From an uncultured bacterium (lineage in GTDB: Bacteria; Patescibacteriota; JAHJAL01), in NCBI GenBank assembly GCA_938004065.1, contig CALKWM010000017.1, positions 15,342 to 79,341 on the forward strand: DNA of 64,000 bases, written 5' to 3'. The notes beneath the pieces are model-generated. The model did no database searches. It worked only from the letters and a program-made list of their open reading frames with translations, and was not told the origin of the DNA. The translations under genes were made by a program, and so were the position numbers. The stretch's first letter is position 1. Each line of letters opens with the position of its first letter. Shown here one piece after another: positions 44,676 to 53,904 of this stretch.

Positions 44676-45449
44676 TTATTTTTTCTGACTTATATTTGTC
44701 ACTCGTGTAACTTTCCTGGCAATATCAATCGCTTTTTGATGCGCCACATGTTCAACTTCATCATTTAACTCACATAATTGATAAGTTCCATATTTACGTT
44801 CAAATGCCTTCTTGATCAACCAATCTGCCAGCCAAGGATTTTTAGGTAGTAAGCTCCCATGCAAATAACTTCCTACCGCATTGTGGAAAACCACACCTTC
44901 CGTCCCATCTTCACCGTTATTTCCTCGTCCATATTCAACCTTGGCCAAAGGTTTATTTTTTTCCAAATTCACATATGTCCTACCACTATGATTTTCAAAT
45001 CCAACCAAAGTTTGTCCCTCACCACCAATATCAGATCTTGCCAATACATTTCCGATAAATCTCTCTTTTCCACCAACAGTATATAAATCAAACAAACCGG
45101 TACCATCTATCCGATCATTATCAATCGGATCATAATACTTTCCCATCAACTGTAAACCTCCGCAAATCGCCAACATGGCCGCCTTGGATTTAATAATCTG
45201 ATCTTTTATCATCTCCCCAACATGCTTCAAGTCCACTGCCACCGCTAACTGTTGTTGATCTTGACCACCTCCGAAAAAAAACAAATCCACTTTAGTAAAA
45301 TCATACTGATCACCGATATTATATTCCTCAACCACCACATCTTTCCCTCGCCATTCAACCCGTTTTTTCAAAGCAATCACATTACCACGATCACCATAAA
45401 TATTCATTGATCTTGAATACAAAAAGCATATTGTGATAAAATCACCCAT
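44676..45449 (-). CDS. gatD: Lipid II isoglutaminyl synthase glutaminase subunit GatD (CobB/CobQ-like class I amidotransferase)
   Basis: 257 aa with Cys in the G-x-C-x-G context (LAICGGLQLMG) and a conserved HxxE later. Overlaps murT by 1 nt; murT-gatD pairing is characteristic. Confidence 0.75.
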   Translation of the reverse strand: MGDFITICFLYSRSMNIYGDRGNVIALKKRVEWRGKDVVVEEYNIGDQYDFTKVDLFFFGGGQDQQQLAVAVDLKHVGEMIKDQIIKSKAAMLAICGGLQLMGKYYDPIDNDRIDGTGLFDLYTVGGKERFIGNVLARSDIGGEGQTLVGFENHSGRTYVNLEKNKPLAKVEYGRGNNGEDGTEGVVFHNAVGSYLHGSLLPKNPWLADWLIKKAFERKYGTYQLCELNDEVEHVAHQKAIDIARKVTRVTNISQKK

Positions 45450-46840
45450 TATTTTTTCTCCTTCCAGTATTCTTTCAAAAAACCTTTTTTAACCAATACC
45501 GAACGAAACTCCATCATTCCTGTATAGCTAGCCATCACGAAAATAGTTCCTTCCTCACGCATATCGATTAAATCATCAATCAAAATTGCCATATTTGATT
45601 CATGTGCCATAATTTTTTCATCAATACCTGCATATTTCATTCTCACAATCATATCTTGCGCTCGCAAACCGGAAACTACCAACCAGTTTAATCTGCCATC
45701 AAGTTTTTCAAAATCAACATCCCAAATCCAAGAAACATCACGTCCATCAGCATAATTATCGTTCAAAATAAATATCAAATTCAATTTTGATTCTATTGTC
45801 AATACAGTATCCAGCAATTGATTGAAACCGGTAGGATTTTTTGACAGCATCAGATACATTTCATTTTTGTTATTTACACTCAATTTTTCAAATCTACCAA
45901 AAACCGGTTTGAATTTCTGCAAACTCTCAAAAATTAACTCATTTTCCACGCCCCACGCCCGAGCTACCGCCACCGCTCCGGCAACATTATAAACATTATA
46001 CAAACCGGGCAAATTGGTTACCAACAAAGGTATAAGTTCTCCCTTTGCTTCAATTGCAATTTTGATCCTATCCAAATTATTTATATCATAATCCACCACT
46101 TTATAATCCAAAATCGGTCGCTTAAAACCACATTTGTCGCACCGATAGTCACCCAAATGAGCTAAAAAATATCCCGAATATTTCAAAACATTTCCACATT
46201 TAACACATTTCTCCACATCCAAAACAGTTTGAGATATTTTTTCGCTCTTGTTTACATCCAGACCAAAAAAAACCTTTTCCACACCTTTGTTCTTACTTTC
46301 CGCTAAATTATAAACCAAAGGATCATCGGCGTTTAAAACCAATTTTGAACCTGCCGGCATATCATCAACTGCGGTCAAAATTAATTTTTGCAATGAATCC
46401 AATTCACCATATCGGTCAAGTTGATCACGAAATAAATTGGTCACCAACAACGTTTTTGTCTTTAATTCAAACAACAAATTTTTTAAATCGGCCTCATCTA
46501 CCTCCAAAACAGCCAGATCAGCCATGACTCGACCCTGCCAATCAACCATATCTAAAAACTCGGAAATCAATCCGCGTGATAAATTTGAACCGGTCCTGTT
46601 TACTACCACCTCATATCCCGCCCGATCGAAAATATCCGCCAGCAATCCCACCGTCGTAGTCTTACCATTGGTACCCGTTACCAAAATCGATCCATGCTTC
46701 AATCTGGAAGCAAACTGTATCAAAAAATTCCGATTGATTTTATTTACAACCAATCCCGGCAATGCGCTACCTCCCGATCCCAATAACTTCAAACCGACTT
46801 TAATCAACTTACCTAACCATATTGTAATGAGATATTTCAT
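45449..46840 (-). CDS. murT: Lipid II isoglutaminyl synthase ligase subunit MurT (Mur ligase domain, Cys4 ribbon, DUF1727)
   Basis: 463 aa with a Mur-ligase P-loop (VTGTNGKTTTVGLLA) and a four-Cys motif (CVKCGN...CDKCGFKR). The C-terminal domain is typical of MurT. Confidence 0.8.
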   Translation of the reverse strand: MKYLITIWLGKLIKVGLKLLGSGGSALPGLVVNKINRNFLIQFASRLKHGSILVTGTNGKTTTVGLLADIFDRAGYEVVVNRTGSNLSRGLISEFLDMVDWQGRVMADLAVLEVDEADLKNLLFELKTKTLLVTNLFRDQLDRYGELDSLQKLILTAVDDMPAGSKLVLNADDPLVYNLAESKNKGVEKVFFGLDVNKSEKISQTVLDVEKCVKCGNVLKYSGYFLAHLGDYRCDKCGFKRPILDYKVVDYDINNLDRIKIAIEAKGELIPLLVTNLPGLYNVYNVAGAVAVARAWGVENELIFESLQKFKPVFGRFEKLSVNNKNEMYLMLSKNPTGFNQLLDTVLTIESKLNLIFILNDNYADGRDVSWIWDVDFEKLDGRLNWLVVSGLRAQDMIVRMKYAGIDEKIMAHESNMAILIDDLIDMREEGTIFVMASYTGMMEFRSVLVKKGFLKEYWKEKK

Positions 46841-46950
46841 ACCTCTAATTCTATCAAAAATTACTCAAATTACCCATTTTTAAAAACCGCCAACATATTT
46901 ATCACTTGTTGACGGTTCCTATATAAACATGTAAATAACTTATTAAACTA

Positions 46951-47406
46951 TCACGATACGCTCATAATACGATATTCAAACTCGCCTGATGGTGCCCTCA
47001 CCGAAACAGTATCTGCTTGTTTTTTATTTAACAATGCTCTACCCAGAGGCGACATCTCTGAAATATAACCATTGACCGGATCCGCCTCCAAAGAAGTAAC
47101 AATTGTATAATCCTTCTCCAACGCCCCATATTTTACCTTTACGGTAGAACCCAAAGTTACACTATTTTTTTGACTCTTCTTTAAACCATAATGGATTTTT
47201 CTTAAATCAGTAACCCTCTTTTGCCAGTATAAAACCTCCATTTTAGTTTCGTTATATTCCGGAGTATCCAAAACCGCTCTACCCATCTCCAACAAATCTT
47301 TAATTTTCGCCTTTGCTTCTTCATTTTTTTCCACCGCATATTGCAACCTATCAGATATTCTACCCATACCTTTTCCCTTGATAAACTTTAAGCTTGTCAT
47401 AATCAA
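46951..47406 (-). CDS. greA: Transcription elongation factor GreA
   Basis: GreA/GreB N-terminal coiled-coil and C-terminal FKBP-like domain (SEMSPLGRALLNKKQADTVSVRAPSGEFEYRIMSV). The start is probably the internal Met MGRISDRLQ. Confidence 0.85.
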   Translation of the reverse strand: MIMTSLKFIKGKGMGRISDRLQYAVEKNEEAKAKIKDLLEMGRAVLDTPEYNETKMEVLYWQKRVTDLRKIHYGLKKSQKNSVTLGSTVKVKYGALEKDYTIVTSLEADPVNGYISEMSPLGRALLNKKQADTVSVRAPSGEFEYRIMSVS

Positions 47407-47477
47407 CCTCCAAATAATTATTTAAATATTTTTTACTCACTAAACTTATTGTCTAATTTTAAAATTAAAAATTACCT

Positions 47478-47507
47478 AAAAAAAGATTAGAATACTCTAA
47501 TCTTTTT
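47478..47507 (-). terminator. Intrinsic terminator after the two-component operon
   Basis: Inverted repeat AAGATTAG-aatact-CTAATCTT followed by a T7 run on the minus strand, just downstream of the kinase stop (47531). Confidence 0.55.
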
Positions 47508-47530
47508 CGATAATATTTATAAAAGCATTA

Positions 47531-49456
47531 CTAGGATGTTTTCACAATCGGAATTTCTAGATAAAATTTAGTTCCTTTATCCACCTCACTCTCCACTTTT
47601 ATCGTACCTTTATGTGCTTCTACAATCCATTTAACAATTGATAACCCCAACCCTGAACCACCCTTATCACGTGTCCGCGATTTATCAACTCGATAAAAGC
47701 GATCAAAAATGTACTCCTTTTCATCATCGGGAATACCTATTCCATTATCTTCAACTTCGACTAGTAAAATATTGTCATTTTTTTCCAATCTAACTTGCAC
47801 TTGTGCGTTATCACCTGAATACTTTAATGCATTTTCCACCAAATTCCACATCACGCTACCCAGCTTGTCCTTATCACCATGTACCAATATATCTTCCTCC
47901 ATCGAGATATTCACATTCTGCATTTTCAAATTCAAACCTTCTAACCTGACAAATAAACCTCGAACAATTTCACTAAACTCAAAATCCTCAGTATTTAACT
48001 TGATTTTCCCTTCCTCCATATTGATCAATGTCGTCAAATCTTTCACCATTACCGTCATTTTGTCCAACTCGTTTTCCACTATATCCAAAACTTCTTCATA
48101 ATCTTCTCTCGTTGACATTTTATTTTGTTTTAGTATTTCCACATTACCGGACATCACCGTCAATGGTGTTCTCAGTTCATGTGAAACATCCGCTAAAAAA
48201 TCACGTTGTCTCTTGAGCAAATCACTAAGTTTAGCATGAGTAATCTCTAATTTTCGAAAAGACAACTCTATCTGCTCCTCCAATCTGGCACTAACGCTCA
48301 CATCATCAAAAGCGCAAACCACACCGCTAATATGATTATTTCTATCATAAAATGGATGAATCCTAACATTCAAAAACACCACTCGTTCATCCAAAGACAA
48401 ATTCAATTTATAACGATCAACTTGATAAGGTTTCAAACTCCTTAAAACCCAACTTGACCATTCTTCCAAAAACTTTAAATCTGGAAACATGCTTCCAATA
48501 CCTTTACCCCTTACTTCATCAATACTTTTTCCAAACATCACTTCTACTTGATTATTGACAAATTTGATCCGCAAATCTTTATCAATCGTAACTATACCGG
48601 TTGTAATAGTCTCCAAAATACGTCGATTAATTTCACTCATCTCTTTGTACTCCATCTCCAATTTAACCTGTTCAGAAACATCAACAATCACTCCAATTGA
48701 CTTGATATCAAAATCACTATCAACATTTTTCGAAACTGACATCATTACCGGCAACAATTCACCATTTTTCTTTTTCAAACGTAAACGATATATGAAAACA
48801 TTACCATGCTGTTTACGATTTTTGATAGAAAATTTCCCATCTTTTTGTTCTACGTCTCCCTCGTAACACCAATTCATCCAATGTTTGCCAATCATTTCCG
48901 ACGAATCATATCCCAACATATCAAAAAACCTTTGATTTGCGTATTCCAGACTCCCATTACTGGCAATAACCGTCGCTCCTTCCGTCATAGCATTTACCAC
49001 GTATCTGATGAAAACATCCGTTTTATAATTACTACGAAAATACTTTTTTCCCACATCCGACGCCTCAGTTACAAAAACATAACCGATCAGTTCATTTTTA
49101 CTATTAATAACCGGATATAGATATATATCCACAAATATTTCTCCACCGGCATGACTATCATGTTTGTACCTCAAAATTTTTTCCATTTTCTTTGTCCGTT
49201 CTACTTCCACAAATAGCGAATGTAATTGTTCGGTATCAAAAGGAAAAAAACTTTTAAAAAAATCTTTGTTTAGCAAATCTTCTGGATTTTTCACCACTTT
49301 TGACCATACAAATCGGTTTACATGTACGATCTTTTTATCCACAGTCAAAATCACAACACCATGCATCACCGTATCCAAAGCGGTACTAAATAAACTGTTT
49401 TCCCTTGGTTCGATCGTCTCCGATCTAAATTTTATATTCTCAAAATCAAACATCAA
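47531..49456 (-). CDS. Cytoplasmic multi-PAS sensor histidine kinase
   Basis: 641 aa with no TM, three PAS-like regions, an H-box (SHELRTPL) and HATPase N/G boxes (NLVENALKYS; GGSGLGLSIV). Confidence 0.9.
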   Translation of the reverse strand: MMFDFENIKFRSETIEPRENSLFSTALDTVMHGVVILTVDKKIVHVNRFVWSKVVKNPEDLLNKDFFKSFFPFDTEQLHSLFVEVERTKKMEKILRYKHDSHAGGEIFVDIYLYPVINSKNELIGYVFVTEASDVGKKYFRSNYKTDVFIRYVVNAMTEGATVIASNGSLEYANQRFFDMLGYDSSEMIGKHWMNWCYEGDVEQKDGKFSIKNRKQHGNVFIYRLRLKKKNGELLPVMMSVSKNVDSDFDIKSIGVIVDVSEQVKLEMEYKEMSEINRRILETITTGIVTIDKDLRIKFVNNQVEVMFGKSIDEVRGKGIGSMFPDLKFLEEWSSWVLRSLKPYQVDRYKLNLSLDERVVFLNVRIHPFYDRNNHISGVVCAFDDVSVSARLEEQIELSFRKLEITHAKLSDLLKRQRDFLADVSHELRTPLTVMSGNVEILKQNKMSTREDYEEVLDIVENELDKMTVMVKDLTTLINMEEGKIKLNTEDFEFSEIVRGLFVRLEGLNLKMQNVNISMEEDILVHGDKDKLGSVMWNLVENALKYSGDNAQVQVRLEKNDNILLVEVEDNGIGIPDDEKEYIFDRFYRVDKSRTRDKGGSGLGLSIVKWIVEAHKGTIKVESEVDKGTKFYLEIPIVKTS

Positions 49457-50124
49457 TTTTCTGTTATCTTATATCCTACACCCCTAATAGTCTTGATCAA
49501 TTTTTTTGCATAACCGTCATCAACTTTCTTTCGCAAATATCGTATATATACATCTATCGTATTGGTAAAACTATCAAAATCATAATCCCAAACATGTTCA
49601 GCAATCATAGTCCTGGTTAACACTTGGTTTTTGTTTCGCATCATGTATTCCAATAGACTGTATTCTTTTTTACTCAATTCAATTTCATTCTCTCCTCTTT
49701 TCACCAGCCGGCTGGCCGGATCCAACTCCAAATCGGCAATTCTCAAAATCACTTGCTTTACATTATCACCCCTTCTGAGCAAGGACCTGATTCTGGCAAG
49801 AAGCTCTTTAAAAGCAAATGGTTTTACCAGATAATCATCCGCTCCGGCGTCCAGTCCTTTCACTCGATCATCAATACTATCTTTGGCGGTCAACATAATA
49901 ACCGGAGTGGCAATACCACCATCACGCAATTCTGAACACAACTTCATACCATCTTTGCCCGGCAACATCACATCCAATACTATCAAATCCAAAGTTTCAT
50001 CTTTGGCTTTTTCCATACCTTTTACCCCATCATAAGCGACATCGACCGTATAACCCTCATACTGTAAACCTTTGCGCACAAAACTGGTAATTCTCTTTTC
50101 ATCCTCAATAACTAAAATTTTCAT
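49453..50124 (-). CDS. OmpR-family response regulator
   Basis: 223 aa with a receiver domain (DLIVLDVMLPGKDG; phospho-Asp context) and a winged-helix trans_reg_C domain. Overlaps the kinase by 4 nt. Confidence 0.9.
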   Translation of the reverse strand: MKILVIEDEKRITSFVRKGLQYEGYTVDVAYDGVKGMEKAKDETLDLIVLDVMLPGKDGMKLCSELRDGGIATPVIMLTAKDSIDDRVKGLDAGADDYLVKPFAFKELLARIRSLLRRGDNVKQVILRIADLELDPASRLVKRGENEIELSKKEYSLLEYMMRNKNQVLTRTMIAEHVWDYDFDSFTNTIDVYIRYLRKKVDDGYAKKLIKTIRGVGYKITEN

Positions 50125-50181
50125 AAAAAAATTTAGATGAATAATTCATCTAAATTATAACTTACTTTTATTAAAAAATCA

Positions 50182-50937
50182 TTAGAGTTTGATTAATGCC
50201 CCTTTTCTTTCTCTTAGAATTAAGCATATGCCAAACCCCGCAAGCAAACAACCCAAGATAATTGTCAACCAAAATCTCACGTTATCTCCCACAAAATCCT
50301 TGGCCCAAATATCGATAATCGTCCTGTTTAAACCATAAACAATCATTGTCAAGTATATCAATTTACCCGACCAGATTTTTCTAATAAATAAAAACATCAT
50401 CACCGCAAATATCACCAAAGCGTTCAAAGCATAATACAGAGCGATCGGATGCCGGAAATCTCCCAAAACATAAATACTCCATGGCAAACTAGCTATTTTT
50501 CCGATATGATCATTGATCAAAAAACAACCAACTCTGGCAAAAAACAATCCCAACATTGCTGATAATGCCATTGCGTCCCAAAAAACTTTTCGTTCAAATT
50601 TGTAATATCTATTGACATACCACCAAACAAAAAGACTGATCGAAATAACCGCCCCATAACTCGTCAAACCTCCATTCCAAACAGCCACTATTTCACTTGG
50701 ATTATCAAAATAATATTGATAATCAATCATTACTTGCAACAATCTGGCACCGATAATTCCGGATATCACAATTCCCAACACCAACCATGAACTGTCAAAT
50801 TTTATCCTCTTTTTTAACATGATAAAATCAAACAAAAACCAACCGGCCAATACTCCGATAGCCAACATCAAACCCCAAACCTGCACCCGCGCCCCAAAAA
50901 TTCCCAGCTCGGTTATATGAATTTTTTCGTACCACAT
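50182..50937 (-). CDS. lgt: Prolipoprotein diacylglyceryl transferase Lgt-like membrane protein. The ORF track start at 50970 would overlap tRNA-Glu, so the internal Met at about 50937 is more plausible.
   Basis: About 250 aa polytopic protein with the Lgt-like signature region ARVGCFLINDHIGK (cf. GRxGNFxNxE). lspA is also present in the window. Confidence 0.55.
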   Translation of the reverse strand: MWYEKIHITELGIFGARVQVWGLMLAIGVLAGWFLFDFIMLKKRIKFDSSWLVLGIVISGIIGARLLQVMIDYQYYFDNPSEIVAVWNGGLTSYGAVISISLFVWWYVNRYYKFERKVFWDAMALSAMLGLFFARVGCFLINDHIGKIASLPWSIYVLGDFRHPIALYYALNALVIFAVMMFLFIRKIWSGKLIYLTMIVYGLNRTIIDIWAKDFVGDNVRFWLTIILGCLLAGFGICLILRERKGALIKL

Positions 50938-50961
50938 AAATTTTCCTCCTTCAACAAAAAA

Positions 50962-51033
50962 TACCGCCACGGGGAATCGAACCCCGATTACCAGATTGAG
51001 AATCTGGCGTCCTAACCGTTAGACGATGGCGGC
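50962..51033 (-). tRNA. tRNA-Glu (anticodon CTC)
   Basis: The reverse complement is GCCGCCA-TC-GTCT-AACGGTTA-GGAC-G-CCAGA-TTCTCAA-TCTGG-TAAT-CGGGG-TTCGATT-CCCCG-TGGCGGT-A. The T-arm is canonical. Pair 1-72 is G.U. Confidence 0.8.
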
Positions 51034-51041
51034 ATATTGTA

Positions 51042-51064
51042 CGGGCGACCCTAGCGGTCGCCCG
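51042..51064. repeat. GC-rich palindromic hairpin CGGGCGACC-ctagc-GGTCGCCCG (copy 1 of a repeated motif)
   Basis: Perfect 9-bp stem. Lies between tRNA-Glu and the aldolase gene. The same GGCGACC-N5-GGTCGCC core recurs at 53835-53859. Confidence 0.6.
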
Positions 51065-51120
51065 ATCTATCATTCTCTAACAATCCGCTATAAATATCTA
51101 TACATTCATTACATCTTAAT

Positions 51121-52059
51121 TCATGCTAACAAAATTTTCTTGATCTTGGAAGCGATATCCACCGCATCAGAGTATTCCCTTTGCCAAATATTGCGCCCAA
51201 AGATCACGCCATCCACTCCGCATTCCATCGCCAATGATACATTTTGTAAACTTTCTTTTTTTGAAGACAAATCTCCACCCGACAACAACGTTCCCATTGT
51301 ACCCGCACTATCCACCACCTTTTGTAACAACTCTTTTTGGCTAAATTTTGTCATCAGGTTATACTGAGCAAATATATCATCCATATTAAACCCGCCTTTA
51401 GGCATTTTGGGCAAATTAAATTTTACTATATCCGCTCCCAACTCCATCGCCACTCGCACAGCATAATCAACCGCTGCCACACTATCCTTGCCCCCATCTA
51501 CCGAAATTCTCTCCCCGCGTGGATAGGCCCATACTATCACTGGCAAATCATATTTATCTGCCTGTCTTCTGATATCAGCAAATTGCCGAAAATCTTCATT
51601 CTGCCAACTGCTACCAACATATAATGTATAACCGATCGCATCCGCTCCCAAGTCAACTGCTTCTTCAACAGTAGCATTAACTACCGAGAAGGGTGCAATA
51701 TTAGGAATTTGTGTTTTTCCGTTAATCTTTACAACCAAAGGAATATTTTTCCTATACTTAACTTTTTTCCAATATCTTTTAGCCAGCCCATACTGCATGG
51801 CTATCGCAGAATATCCTACTTTCATGGCAATTTCCAACTGAAATTCTGGATTCGCCGACTCGGGATTGGCAAAAAAATCAACCGGACCATGTTCCAAACC
51901 CTGATCGATTGGCAAGATAAAAAATTTTCCATTTGATAAAGAAATCTTCTTCAATCTGCGACTTTTTTCTTTCGTATAAATCTCACATTCCGGATCAAAA
52001 ATTTGTTTTCTTCCTTTTCTTATAACCATTTTCAATCCTTGACTCAAATTTTTTTCCAT
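51121..52059 (-). CDS. Class I aldolase of the DhnA/FbaB (archaeal-type fructose-bisphosphate aldolase/DeoC-like) family
   Basis: 312 aa TIM-barrel-like sequence. ILPIDQGLEHGP and the Schiff-base Lys context (DIVKFNLPK) are typical of DhnA-type class I aldolases. Confidence 0.65.
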   Translation of the reverse strand: MEKNLSQGLKMVIRKGRKQIFDPECEIYTKEKSRRLKKISLSNGKFFILPIDQGLEHGPVDFFANPESANPEFQLEIAMKVGYSAIAMQYGLAKRYWKKVKYRKNIPLVVKINGKTQIPNIAPFSVVNATVEEAVDLGADAIGYTLYVGSSWQNEDFRQFADIRRQADKYDLPVIVWAYPRGERISVDGGKDSVAAVDYAVRVAMELGADIVKFNLPKMPKGGFNMDDIFAQYNLMTKFSQKELLQKVVDSAGTMGTLLSGGDLSSKKESLQNVSLAMECGVDGVIFGRNIWQREYSDAVDIASKIKKILLA

Positions 52060-52215
52060 ACTTTTTAACTGTTAAATACTACAATAGATAACGCAAAACT
52101 TACCGCCATCAAAGCATGCACCCAAGTTAATTTCATGATATTTTCTCCTTTATTTTTTTCCTTACAACACAATTAAATTTTATCACACCACAACTTTAAA
52201 TATTGTATAATTCCG

Positions 52216-53763
52216 TTACTTCTTTTTTAAACCTTTATCTCCAACCATTTTTAAAGAAAGTATGCTCATTCCCAAAATCAAAGTAAATGTCACTAAAGGA
52301 ACACGCACATTTTCACCATTCGAAGATTCAATTATTAATGCTTCGTTTTTACTAAATTTATTTTCTGAAAAAACCAGATAAACAAAAGTATACATGTCAC
52401 CTCTTGCCTTTTCCCTATTTTCTTTATATTCATCCCAACCCGAAGAATTTCTATTTATTCCCTTTATTTCATTTCCTTGCAAAAGCAAAAATTCATAATT
52501 TATATCACCTACAGATACTTTTACAATCTTTTTTTCAATAATATCAGTCTGTTCATCCTTGTCCACACTACTCATTACTTTAACTTTACCCGCAAGCTCG
52601 CCCCGATCAATTTTTTCACCATTAACTTCCAATTCCAAAAAATTATTTAAATAACCTGAAATTACTTTATTTACATCAAAATTTACCCAGGATTTTTTCT
52701 CATACTTCACATTTTCTACAATTTCCTTTTTATCTACCCATTTTGATGGCAATTTCAAAGGTACGGAAACACGTTTTTCATAGCTAACCTTTAAAGCTAT
52801 CTTTATTTTTTCTTTTATGACCCTATAATCATTTTCCGTTAACTCTTCTTCGACTAAACTTTTTTTAACATCAGACAATATTTTATCAGCTTGATTATCA
52901 ATGTCAAATTCCATAATTTCTGCAAAAATCTCTGGTTTATTTTCTTTCACTTGCGTTAAATTACCTACTGTCACTCCATAATTTGAAACTAGACTTTCCG
53001 CGATTTTATTTCCATCACCAATCATTTTCACAGTATAACCATTATCAATATCTTCTATAATTTTCATCTGATTATTGTAGGCCTCTACATATTCATCACT
53101 AATTCTAAAACGCAACTCATCACCCTGCTCCTGAGATTCTTTTATTTGTATAATTGATTTTTCATAAATTCCAAACTCAAAATCATTAAAAAATTCGTTC
53201 ATAAACAATTTTGCCATTACGACAGTCTCTTTCATTCCTTCTTCATCACCATTTTTTGAATACTCAATAAACAATTCAACAAATTTATCCATCCATGTGC
53301 CAACAAAAACAGATAGATTTTTTGGATCCTTCCTGGCAATATCGAATAACTTTTTTACTTCAATCCTCAATTCGTCATTTTCCGATAATCCTAAAGTATC
53401 AAAACTAGGATCTATCTCTTCCTGAACTTCTGCAACAGTATCTTTCCAATTTTTGTATGCGGGAACATTTTCTAACAATCCTTTTTCTGGAACATATATC
53501 CCCATCTTCTCCTCAATTTCCTCTGAATTTGACACTAATTTTTTCACTTCTTCCAATACTTTCAAATATCTTTCATTATCTTCTTGACTAACGTTTGACA
53601 ATTTGGCAATTTTTTTTCCGGACCCACTAACCTTTTTAAAACAACCTCCCAACCCCAGCATATTTGAAAGAAATAAGGCACTAATACCCAAGGTAGCTGC
53701 CAATTTTTTGACTTCTTTTTTTATCCCTATTTCTTCGCTAGATTTTGTCGCTAATTTTTTCAT
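52216..53763 (-). CDS. Predicted lipoprotein (hypothetical), Glu/Lys-rich
   Basis: 515 aa with a signal peptide and a lipobox (LGLGGC). The remainder is charged and coiled-coil-prone. lgt and lspA nearby could process it. Confidence 0.5.
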   Translation of the reverse strand: MKKLATKSSEEIGIKKEVKKLAATLGISALFLSNMLGLGGCFKKVSGSGKKIAKLSNVSQEDNERYLKVLEEVKKLVSNSEEIEEKMGIYVPEKGLLENVPAYKNWKDTVAEVQEEIDPSFDTLGLSENDELRIEVKKLFDIARKDPKNLSVFVGTWMDKFVELFIEYSKNGDEEGMKETVVMAKLFMNEFFNDFEFGIYEKSIIQIKESQEQGDELRFRISDEYVEAYNNQMKIIEDIDNGYTVKMIGDGNKIAESLVSNYGVTVGNLTQVKENKPEIFAEIMEFDIDNQADKILSDVKKSLVEEELTENDYRVIKEKIKIALKVSYEKRVSVPLKLPSKWVDKKEIVENVKYEKKSWVNFDVNKVISGYLNNFLELEVNGEKIDRGELAGKVKVMSSVDKDEQTDIIEKKIVKVSVGDINYEFLLLQGNEIKGINRNSSGWDEYKENREKARGDMYTFVYLVFSENKFSKNEALIIESSNGENVRVPLVTFTLILGMSILSLKMVGDKGLKKK

Positions 53764-53834
53764 TTTATTAATATTTACTTTATAGAACTTCTAACCCAAT
53801 TCTATCATATTTACATACATCGATATTATCAACC

Positions 53835-53859
53835 ACAGGCGACCATATCGGTCGCCTGT
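53835..53859. repeat. GC-rich palindromic hairpin ACAGGCGACC-atatc-GGTCGCCTGT (copy 2)
   Basis: Perfect 10-bp stem between nrdJ and the lipoprotein gene. Not followed by a U-tract on either strand. Confidence 0.6.
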
Positions 53860-53904
53860 AAATTACTAGGACAATCGCAAAACCTGAATATATTTATCCT
53901 TTTC

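Noticed and set aside
46841-46950. A plus-strand promoter-like TTGACG-N17-TAAATA in the murT-greA spacer
   Set aside because: There is no plus-strand gene downstream. Both neighbours are on the minus strand, so it is probably a chance match in AT-rich DNA.
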